A DNA stretch of 64,000 nucleotides from positions 352,001 through 416,000 of the forward strand of contig JBBCJC010000001.1 in assembly GCA_037189525.1 (NCBI GenBank), read 5' to 3'. The notes beneath the pieces were generated by a model, which searched no databases, was not told where the DNA came from, and saw only the letters and a list, made by a program, of their open reading frames with translations. Source of the stretch: Gemmatimonadales bacterium (GTDB lineage Bacteria > Gemmatimonadota > Gemmatimonadetes > Gemmatimonadales > GWC2-71-9). Made by a program: the position numbers and the translations under genes. Positions 56,707 to 64,000 of this stretch are shown here, one piece after another (position 1 is the first letter of the stretch; each line of letters opens with the position of its first letter).

Positions 56707-58578
56707 CTACCAGGCGATCCCGTAGTCCTCGCCGTCGGTGCTCGACCCGCCCCAGAAGCTGCCGTGCTTCCAGTCGAAGAAGATCGCGTTGATCGGCCCC
56801 GAGGTGCGCGGCGAGAAATTCAGGTTATAACCCATCTTCTGCAGGTCGGCGCGCACCCAGCCTGGCACCGCGTCATTGAGCGTGATCCGGCCCGGCCGTG
56901 AGTCGTGCGAACCGAACGAGCTCCGCATCTGATAGCTGGTGACGTTGGCCGCCTCGGTCGCCTGCTGCACATTCATCCCGAACTCGACCATGTTGAGGAA
57001 GAACTGCAGCAGGTTCTGATCCTGCGTGTCCCCGCCCTGCACCGCGAATGAGACGAACGGCCGTCCCTCCTTGAGCGCGAGCGTAGGCGTGAGCGTCACC
57101 CGCGGACGCCGGCCCGGTTCGATCACGTTGAACGGACTCTCCTCTGGATCGAGCACGAAGCTCTGCGCCCGCTGGCTCAATCCGACGCCCGTCTTGCCGG
57201 CAATCACCGCCGGAATCCAGCCGCCGCTCGGCGTGATCGACACGACCCACCCCTTGGCATCCGCAGCCTGAATCGACGTCGTACCGGCGCGGAAGGCCTC
57301 GTCATAGGTCATCGCTGCGAGCCCGCTCGCGCTACCGGTCTGATCAGTGTTGGCCGGCGGCGTCTTGGCCTTGGGCGGCCACTTGGACAGAATCGAGGTG
57401 AACGGGTTGCTGCCTCCCTGGAAGGGATACGGGTCGCCCGGCTTGATGGTCGAGTCGTTCCGTTCCCAGTTGATGGTGCCGAAACGCTGCTTGGCGTACT
57501 CCTTGGAGAGGAGTCCCTTGATCGGCGTGCGCGGCTCGAACGACGGATCGCCGTAGTAAAAATCGCGATCCGCAAAGGCCAGACTCATCGCCTGATAGAT
57601 GGTGTGGATGTACCGCGACGAGTTGTATCCCATCGACTTGACGTCGACGTTCTCGAGGATGTTGAGCGCCTGGAGCAGCGCCGGTCCCTGCTGCCACTCC
57701 TGCAGCTTGTAGACATCGATGCCCTTGTACGACACCGAGAGCGGCTCCTCGATCTTGACCTTCCAGTTCGCCAGGTCCTGCGCCGTGATGAGCCCTCCCT
57801 GCTCCTGGGTGCCGCGCGCGATCTCGGCGGCGATGTCTCCCTTATAAAAGCGGTCGTACGCTGCGTAGATCGCTTCCTTCCGGCTCTTGCCGCGCTTGAG
57901 CGCCTGCTGTTCCGTTTCAACCAGCTTGCGCAGCGTGACCGCCAGATCCGGCTGGCGGAAGATCTGGCCCGCATCCGGCCCCTTCCCGTCATTGACGAGA
58001 AAGACCGACTTCGAGTACGGCCACTGCTCCAGCATCTTCTTCCGGCTCTCGATGCTGGATGCGGTCTGCGCTTCGATCGGATATCCATCCGCCATCTCGA
58101 TCGCGGGCGCCAGCACATCCTTCAGGCTCATCGTGCCATACTCGGCGAGCATGGTGAGGAGGCCGCCGGGCGTCCCCGGCGTCACGGCTGCGAGCGGGCC
58201 GAACTCGGGCGGATAGTTGTGTCCCTTGCTGCGGTAGAAATCGGCCGTCGCACCGGTGGGCGCCACACCGAGTGCATTGATGCCGATCACCTTCTTGAGT
58301 TCGGGATGGTAGATCAGCGCCTGCGTCTCGCCACCCCAACTCAGGACATCCCACATGGTGGAGACCGCCGCGAGCATGGCGCAGGCAGCATCGACGGCAT
58401 TGCCGCCCCGTTGAAAGATCATGGCCCCGGCGGTCGCGCCGAGGGGCTTACCGGTAATCGCCACCCAGTGACGCCCGTGGAGCACGGGTTTGACGGTACG
58501 CTGAGCGAGCACGGGGGCAAGCGGGACGAGCGCCAGGAGCAGGGCGACGAGTGCCGCACGACGGCCAAAGCGGAACAC
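56707..58578 (-). CDS. ggt: Gamma-glutamyltransferase family (Ntn hydrolase)
   Basis: Signal peptide; GGNAVDAA, FYKGDIA, AFADRD, autocleavage site G-TTS, PGRRPRVTL, GGDTQ. Confidence 0.9.
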   Translation of the reverse strand: MFRFGRRAALVALLLALVPLAPVLAQRTVKPVLHGRHWVAITGKPLGATAGAMIFQRGGNAVDAACAMLAAVSTMWDVLSWGGETQALIYHPELKKVIGINALGVAPTGATADFYRSKGHNYPPEFGPLAAVTPGTPGGLLTMLAEYGTMSLKDVLAPAIEMADGYPIEAQTASSIESRKKMLEQWPYSKSVFLVNDGKGPDAGQIFRQPDLAVTLRKLVETEQQALKRGKSRKEAIYAAYDRFYKGDIAAEIARGTQEQGGLITAQDLANWKVKIEEPLSVSYKGIDVYKLQEWQQGPALLQALNILENVDVKSMGYNSSRYIHTIYQAMSLAFADRDFYYGDPSFEPRTPIKGLLSKEYAKQRFGTINWERNDSTIKPGDPYPFQGGSNPFTSILSKWPPKAKTPPANTDQTGSASGLAAMTYDEAFRAGTTSIQAADAKGWVVSITPSGGWIPAVIAGKTGVGLSQRAQSFVLDPEESPFNVIEPGRRPRVTLTPTLALKEGRPFVSFAVQGGDTQDQNLLQFFLNMVEFGMNVQQATEAANVTSYQMRSSFGSHDSRPGRITLNDAVPGWVRADLQKMGYNLNFSPRTSGPINAIFFDWKHGSFWGGSSTDGEDYGIAW

Positions 58579-58664
58579 GGGGACCTCGGAGTGCAGGGAA
58601 TCCTCAAAGATATCCCGTTCCCGCCCCGCGTCACGTCCGGAGCCTGGTGTAGTATTCCACCGGC

Positions 58665-58709
58665 TTGTTATTTTGATTTTCGCTAATTACGCTTTCAGCT
58701 AATTACAAT
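58665..58709 (+). promoter_or_regulatory. Promoter/operator of the ArsR(SdpR)-like gene
   Basis: TTGTTA(58665)-17 nt-TACGCT(58688); direct repeat GCTAATTAC at 58682 and 58698. Confidence 0.6.
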
Positions 58710-58719
58710 CTGAGGCGAC

Positions 58720-59073
58720 ATGCCTGGCCCCAACGCCGTATTCCGTGCGCTCGCCGATCCTACCCGCCGGGACATCCTCAAGTCCCTGCGCAGCGGGCCG
58801 CGCACGTCGGGCGAGATCGCCGCCAGTTTCCCGGTATCGTGGCCCACGATCTCCCGGCATCTGGCCGTGCTGCGAGACGCGGGTATGATCGCTGCCACCC
58901 GGGAGGGAACCAGCATCTCCTACGAAATCGACACCACCGTCTTTCACGAGCTAGTCGAGCAGGTTCTGCATCTGGTCGATCTGGGGAAGAACGCTAGGGT
59001 GGATCGTCGTTCCGGCCGGGTTTCTGACGGGGCTCTTCGCCCTGCCCCGGCTTCCCGAGGTCGTCATTCGTGA
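58720..59073 (+). CDS. ArsR-family regulator without metal site (SdpR-like)
   Basis: VFRALADPTRRDIL, SGEIAASF, PTISRHLAVLRDAG, YEIDTTVF; no Cys; atypical C-terminal tail. Confidence 0.85.
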   Translation: MPGPNAVFRALADPTRRDILKSLRSGPRTSGEIAASFPVSWPTISRHLAVLRDAGMIAATREGTSISYEIDTTVFHELVEQVLHLVDLGKNARVDRRSGRVSDGALRPAPASRGRHS

Positions 59074-59137
59074 CTTCCCCGGCCGAGTCCTGCTCATCCC
59101 GCTCCCGGCATTCGCCACCCTCAAGTAGAGACGCCCC

Positions 59138-60187
59138 ATGTCGCCCATCGTGCTGGCCACCCTCCTCGCGAGTCACGCCATGACTGCCCACGCGACCGAC
59201 CCTCGGATCGTCTCCGAAGAAGTCACCTTCGTTGCGGGCGGCCGGACCATCCCTGGCACGCTCGTCCGTCCCGAATCGGGCACCGGCCCCGGACTCCTGC
59301 TCCTGGCCGGCAGCGGACCAACCGATCGCGACTGGAACAGTCCGCTCCTGCCCGGCACGAACGGCAGCGCCCGGCTCCTGGCCGAAGCGCTTGCTGCGCG
59401 TGGCGTGACCGTGCTGCGATTCGACAAGGCGTTCTCCGGCAAGAATGCCGGCCTGCCGATCACCGAGCTCTCCATCGACACCTATCGCGACGAGGCAAGC
59501 GCCGCGCTCGACTTCCTGCGCGCGAGGCCGAGCGTCGATCCTGCCCGGATCTTCGTCGCGGGCCACAGCGAAGGCGGCATTCACGCCACCCGTTTGGCCG
59601 AGTCGGCGGGCGACCGGCTTCGGGGCGTGATCCTGATCTCGGCGCCAGGTCGCTCGATGCGCGAATTGCTCGAGGTGCAGTTCGAGCACAACGTGCTGAG
59701 CGCGTTCAAGCTGACGCCGCAGCAGATGGAGACCGAGATGGCGCCGATTCGCACGGCACTCCGGTCCTTCGTCGCGGGGGAGAACGTCGACCCCAAGTCG
59801 GCATCGTCCCGCCCCGAGGTCGTCGGTATCCTGACCGCGCTGATGGCGCCTCCGGTAGCTGGGCTCGGTCGCGCGCTGGCGGGGTTCGAACCGGTAAAGG
59901 CGGTTGCGAATCTTGCCCAGCCGGTGCTGGTCCTGCAGGGTGGGAAAGATGTCCAGGTGGAGCCGGCAGAGAACGCGGAGCGGTTGGTTGCGGCGCGCCG
60001 GGCCGCGGGGAAAGAGGTCGAATACTACTTGAGCCCGTTGGCCGACCATGTTCTCAAGACCGAATCTCGCTCGCTCGAAGAGGCTCGCGCCAATCTTCAG
60101 CTCCTCATGGCGGCGTACAACGCGCCCGATCGGACCCTCGCCGGCGACCTGGTCGAGACGCTGGCGAAGTGGGTCCACGCCCGATGA
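59138..60187 (+). CDS. Alpha/beta hydrolase (S9/S33-like), exported
   Basis: GSGPTDRD, LRFDK, GHSEGG nucleophile elbow, QGGKDVQV, DHVLK. Confidence 0.88.
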   Translation: MSPIVLATLLASHAMTAHATDPRIVSEEVTFVAGGRTIPGTLVRPESGTGPGLLLLAGSGPTDRDWNSPLLPGTNGSARLLAEALAARGVTVLRFDKAFSGKNAGLPITELSIDTYRDEASAALDFLRARPSVDPARIFVAGHSEGGIHATRLAESAGDRLRGVILISAPGRSMRELLEVQFEHNVLSAFKLTPQQMETEMAPIRTALRSFVAGENVDPKSASSRPEVVGILTALMAPPVAGLGRALAGFEPVKAVANLAQPVLVLQGGKDVQVEPAENAERLVAARRAAGKEVEYYLSPLADHVLKTESRSLEEARANLQLLMAAYNAPDRTLAGDLVETLAKWVHAR

Positions 60188-60220
60188 GGGCGTGGCGACT
60201 CTGCCGATCGGGCGTCGGAC

Positions 60221-62212
60221 TTACGGACGCGTCGGGACCACGCCCAGCTCGCGGTGGAGGTCCGCCACGGTGTAGTGCTTCCCTGCCCGGACCACCTGCT
60301 CGACTCGGCGCAGATCGGTGATCCGCTCGGCAGGCTTCCCGGCGACGATCGCGAGATCAGCGACCTTGCCCACCTCGATGCTGCCGTAGTCGCGATCTTC
60401 CTTCATCACCCGCGCGGGTACGATGGTGGCGATCTGGAGCACGTTGGCAGCGGGAATGCCCGCGCGCTCGTAGATCTCGAGCTCTCCGTGGAAGGAGAAG
60501 CCGGCCAGGTTGTCGGTGCCGGGTACCAGCGTCACGCCCGCATCGAAGAGCCGCTTCAGAATCCGCCGATAGGTGGCGCTGGCCGCCTGCGCCCGTCCGG
60601 TCGCCTCCGCCGAACCACCCCGCCCGGCGCGGAAGCTGCGCTGCAATACCGCCGGGAACCAGTCGACCGTCGGACCGAAGACGGGATCGGTTCCGTCGGC
60701 CAGGAGCCGTGACCGATCCTGCCAGAGATTGAAGGTGCCGTCGACTACCGTGCCTCGGTTCCGCAGCAAACTGATCAGCCCGGTCATCTGGGCCGATTCG
60801 GTATCGAAGCTGGGCGCGATCCCGGCCGCGACATCGGAGTACGCCCGCATCGAAGGGACGTAGAGCGAATCCTGATAGAAGGTCGTGATCAGGTTGGCGA
60901 CATGCTGGATCTCATCGTACCCGAGCCCGATGGCAGCCGGTACCGACAGGCCGCGAGGGATGTGCCCCGAGAGCAGCATGCCCCGTTTTTTCGCTTCCTC
61001 CGCAATCGTGGGCAGCAGATCGGGATGGATCAGATTGTAGAGCTTGATCTGCCGATAGCCGAGCGAGTCGTACCGCGCGATCCAGTTCCTCGCCTCCTCG
61101 GCCGAGCCGGCTAACGCCTCGGTCGGTCCGGCCCAGCGCCCCGGCCCTTCCAGAAATCCGGCGAGGAGGATCCGCGCACCAAGCAGCGTGCCGGCTTCGG
61201 TGCGCGCCCGGTGCGACACCGCCGCATCGATATCCGCAGCGACGTCGCGCACGGTGGTGATACCAGCGGCCAGGTGGAGCAGCCCGTTGGACTCACCGCC
61301 CAGTTGGAGATGCGTGTGCATGTCCCACAGACCCGGAATGACGGTCTTGCCGGTGGCGTCCACGATTCGGGCGCCTGCGGGAGCGCGGATCGAATCCGCC
61401 GGGCCGACTGCAGCGATCCGATCTCCCTCGATTACCACCGTCGTGCGCGGCCGGACCACGCCCTGCTGAGCGTCGAAGACATCGCCGTTCCGAATCACCA
61501 GGGCACGCGTCGGCGCCGGAGCGAGCCGGCGGGCCACGACTTCCGACTGCCGGGCGCGCCACGCCATCTCGGCGGACCGCAAGGCGGGCAGCACGGACAC
61601 TGCCTCTGCCGGCACCGTGATGAACCAGGCGGCGTCGCTCGCGAAGAGCCGATTCTGTTCGTCGAGCCAGACGGCCGCATCGTCGAAGCCGAGCCCCCGA
61701 ATCGCAGCGAGCCGGACCCGGGCGGTCTTCCCGGCAAACGTCACCGTCGTGTCTACGACGACTTCAACCGATGCGGAGCCGACGGGCAGGAGTTTGGCGG
61801 TGCGTCCCGGTTGTCCGAGCAGATGGGCCGCCAGCAACGCTCGGTCGTACGGCGTCCCGCCCCGAGGCAGGTAGAAAGCGCCGGACTCCCGTCTGACGCG
61901 ACCCGAATCGCCGGCAGAACTCCAGCGCATCTCGCCCGCGGTCGCCTCGAACCGCTCGGTCACGCTGGCCGGCTGCGCGGCAGCGCTCAGGCCCGCGGCT
62001 TCCCGTACCAGCACCGTGCCATCCGCGCCGAACCGGTAGCGAACCTGCATCCGCGGTCCGCGCTGCCGGTCCTGATAGACGTAGCGAACCGCCGCCGAGT
62101 CGCCGGCCGCGGCTACCATCATCTCGCCGGCGGCGCGGCCATGGTTGAGCACCACGTAGCGGGTGGTATCGGAGGCGGTCAGGGCAAACAACGCGAGCAA
62201 GCTGGGCAGCAT
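60221..62212 (-). CDS. Exported amidohydrolase family protein
   Basis: Signal peptide; PGLWDMHTH, GITTVRD, IKLY, SGH, IQH, GTD, GSIEVGKVADL. Confidence 0.9.
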   Translation of the reverse strand: MLPSLLALFALTASDTTRYVVLNHGRAAGEMMVAAAGDSAAVRYVYQDRQRGPRMQVRYRFGADGTVLVREAAGLSAAAQPASVTERFEATAGEMRWSSAGDSGRVRRESGAFYLPRGGTPYDRALLAAHLLGQPGRTAKLLPVGSASVEVVVDTTVTFAGKTARVRLAAIRGLGFDDAAVWLDEQNRLFASDAAWFITVPAEAVSVLPALRSAEMAWRARQSEVVARRLAPAPTRALVIRNGDVFDAQQGVVRPRTTVVIEGDRIAAVGPADSIRAPAGARIVDATGKTVIPGLWDMHTHLQLGGESNGLLHLAAGITTVRDVAADIDAAVSHRARTEAGTLLGARILLAGFLEGPGRWAGPTEALAGSAEEARNWIARYDSLGYRQIKLYNLIHPDLLPTIAEEAKKRGMLLSGHIPRGLSVPAAIGLGYDEIQHVANLITTFYQDSLYVPSMRAYSDVAAGIAPSFDTESAQMTGLISLLRNRGTVVDGTFNLWQDRSRLLADGTDPVFGPTVDWFPAVLQRSFRAGRGGSAEATGRAQAASATYRRILKRLFDAGVTLVPGTDNLAGFSFHGELEIYERAGIPAANVLQIATIVPARVMKEDRDYGSIEVGKVADLAIVAGKPAERITDLRRVEQVVRAGKHYTVADLHRELGVVPTRP

Positions 62213-62241
62213 GGGGATTCGCGGGGTAAGGGTGACAGAAA

Positions 62242-63012
62242 CTACGGTTCGAGTTCGACCAGGACCGGGGCATGATCGGACGGGAGCTTTCCCTTGCGCT
62301 CGTCACGATCGACCCAGGCGCGGTGGGAGCGGCGTGCCACGGGCTCCGTCGCGAAGATATGATCAATCCGGACTCCGTTGCCCTTCGGAAAGGCGAGCAT
62401 CCGATAATCCCACCAGGAATACGGTCCCGGCCCGGGCTCATGCAGACGCATCGTGTCGATCAGCCCCCAGTCGTTCAGAGTGCGGAGCGTGCGACGGGCC
62501 TCCTCGTGGCAGAGCACGCTGGCGCGCCACTCCTCCGGCCGCGCCACGTCCCGATCTTCCGGCGCGACGTTATAGTCGCCACAGAGGAGGAGCGGATCGG
62601 CAGACCGGTAGGTCCGCTCGAGATGGGCGCGGAGACGCCGGATCCACTCCAACTTGTAGTCCCACTTGTCGCTGCCCACGCTCTGGCCGTTGGGAAAGTA
62701 CGCCGAGAGGATCCGGATCCCGGCGACCGTAGCGGCAATGAGTCGCGCCTGCGCGTCTTCCGAGCCGTCATCGAATCCGAGCGTGACATCCGCGATGGAA
62801 TGCCGGCTCAGGATGGCGACACCATTGTAGGTCCGCTGACCGTGAAAGACGGCTTCATATCCTTCTGCGCGGATCACCTCGAGCGGGAACTCCCCGTCCG
62901 GCACCTTGAGTTCCTGCAGACAGACGACGTCGGGTCCGGTCCGCCGCAGCCATGCCACCAGGCGGTCGAGCCGGGCACGAATCGAGTTGACGTTCCATGT
63001 GGCAATGCGCAT
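62242..63012 (-). CDS. xth: Exodeoxyribonuclease III / AP endonuclease
   Basis: ATWNVNSIRAR, CLQELK, YFPNG, GDYNVA, RIDH, SDHAP. Confidence 0.96.
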   Translation of the reverse strand: MRIATWNVNSIRARLDRLVAWLRRTGPDVVCLQELKVPDGEFPLEVIRAEGYEAVFHGQRTYNGVAILSRHSIADVTLGFDDGSEDAQARLIAATVAGIRILSAYFPNGQSVGSDKWDYKLEWIRRLRAHLERTYRSADPLLLCGDYNVAPEDRDVARPEEWRASVLCHEEARRTLRTLNDWGLIDTMRLHEPGPGPYSWWDYRMLAFPKGNGVRIDHIFATEPVARRSHRAWVDRDERKGKLPSDHAPVLVELEP

Positions 63013-63189
63013 AGGCCGTGCAATCTATCGAGCCGCGCGGGTTCTCGCATCCGACGCTCTGTCGCATGGAACCAGGATGCGCATGCCACGGGAGGTCGAT
63101 ATCACGAGATATCGGCTCCCACGTCTCTAGGGCTTGCCCTCGGGTATCACCGGAAATCCATATTGCGCAGCTTACGAAACCGAGCCTGA

Positions 63190-64000
63190 CTACGCGCCGG
63201 GTGTGTCACGCCCTTCATGGAGGTATCCCATCAACCGATCCAACACAGTGGAAAGGTCCGGCCGCTGATCGAGTACCGGCCGGACCGGGTCGTACCCCAA
63301 CGACTCCATCCGCGCCGCAGCGGTCTTGATCGTGAACATCCGGCGTCGCTCTTCGAGATCGTCGTTGACCTCGTCCCACTCGAGCGGCATCGAAACCGTG
63401 GCACCGGGCAGCGGTCGCACACTGTAGGGCGCCACGATCAGCTGCCCGCGGCGATTCTGGAGGTAGTCGAGATAGACCTTGTCGCCACGCTTGGTGACCT
63501 GGCGGACGATCGTCGACGTCTCGCGATGTTCGCGCGCCACCAGCCGAGACAACAGTTCGCCAAGGGTTCGCGATTGTTCGTAGGTGAGCTGGCGACCTAG
63601 CGGAACCATGATATGGAGACCGGTTTTCCCCGTCGTTTTGACGTAGCTGGGAAGTCCCGCATCGGTACAGATCCGGTAGAGCGTCCGCGCAATCGCCACG
63701 ACTTCGCGGAACGGCGCTTCCTTCGGATCGAGGTCGATCACGCACCAGTCGGGCTGCTCGAGCGAGGAAATGCGGCTGGCCCAGATGTGCAGCGGAATTG
63801 CCGCGGAGTTGGCGAGATAGAGCAGCGTCTCCTCGTCGTTCGCGATGAAATAGCGAACATCCCGCTGGGTGTCCTCGCTCCAGATCGGCACCGTTTGAAT
63901 CCAGACCGGCGCAAACTCCGGTGCATCTTTCTGATAGAACGACTTCCCCGCAATCCCGTCGGGATACCGGGTCAGCACGACGGGCCGATCCTTGAGATAC
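63190..64000 (-). CDS. ligD: NHEJ DNA ligase D, polymerase/primase domain (5'-partial)
   Basis: Frame open to the window end (YLKDRPVVLTRYPDG); FYQK, IDLDP, KTTGKTGLH, VYLDYLQN, APYSVR. Confidence 0.92.
   Translation of the reverse strand, partial: YLKDRPVVLTRYPDGIAGKSFYQKDAPEFAPVWIQTVPIWSEDTQRDVRYFIANDEETLLYLANSAAIPLHIWASRISSLEQPDWCVIDLDPKEAPFREVVAIARTLYRICTDAGLPSYVKTTGKTGLHIMVPLGRQLTYEQSRTLGELLSRLVAREHRETSTIVRQVTKRGDKVYLDYLQNRRGQLIVAPYSVRPLPGATVSMPLEWDEVNDDLEERRRMFTIKTAAARMESLGYDPVRPVLDQRPDLSTVLDRLMGYLHEGRDTPGA

Noticed and set aside
58720..59073. Second arsenic-sensing arsR
   Set aside because: No cysteines or metal-site residues; SdpR-like features.
1..64000. Hundreds of long alternative-frame and antisense ORFs (e.g. 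35564-38221, 54706-56508, 10564-12129, 31380-33023)
   Set aside because: Shadow ORFs expected in high-GC DNA; Arg/Pro/Gly-rich, without motifs, and overlapping well-supported genes.
1..64000. rRNA, tRNA, CRISPR array, IS/integrase or prophage
   Set aside because: No cloverleaf, regularly spaced repeats, transposase/integrase motifs or phage genes seen by eye.

Overview
GC-rich bacterial chromosomal segment, densely coding (about 50 genes). Gene content and style suggest a Gemmatimonadota (Gemmatimonadales-like) genome; this is inference, not a database result. I found no rRNA, tRNA, CRISPR array, integrase or transposase. The backbone is rich in exported peptidases and hydrolases (M48, M66-like, M28, M14, ABC-fused M1, M24, C40, CPBP, M20, GGT, serine hydrolase, amidohydrolase). 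It also holds glcF/ygfZ, an AAA+/vWA pair, a fatty-acid desaturase, a TonB-dependent receptor and xth/ligD. Accessory-looking blocks: (1) 6.9-10.5 kb, an Xre-RES toxin-antitoxin pair facing an arsR-arsM-metallophosphoesterase-aquaporin cluster whose aquaporin is destroyed by two internal deletions; (2) 31.3-33.4 kb, a two-gene exported operon pairing a Tat-type close relative of organophosphorus hydrolase (OPH/PTE) that lacks the 9-residue loop-7 insertion with a methyl-parathion-hydrolase-like metallo-beta-lactamase; (3) 33.9-36.0 kb, an actinobacterial-style ABC exporter plus XRE regulator with a perfect operator; (4) 41.6-48.5 kb, a coupled operon GcvT-like / two PYROXD2-like flavoproteins / Rieske oxygenase / (frameshifted) M24 peptidase, a plausible uncharacterised THF-linked N-demethylation pathway. 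Exported proteins are conspicuously rich in the Bacteroidetes-type D-(S/T)-(A/I/L/V/M/T) O-glycosylation sequon. All family calls come from motif recognition by eye; no searches were run.
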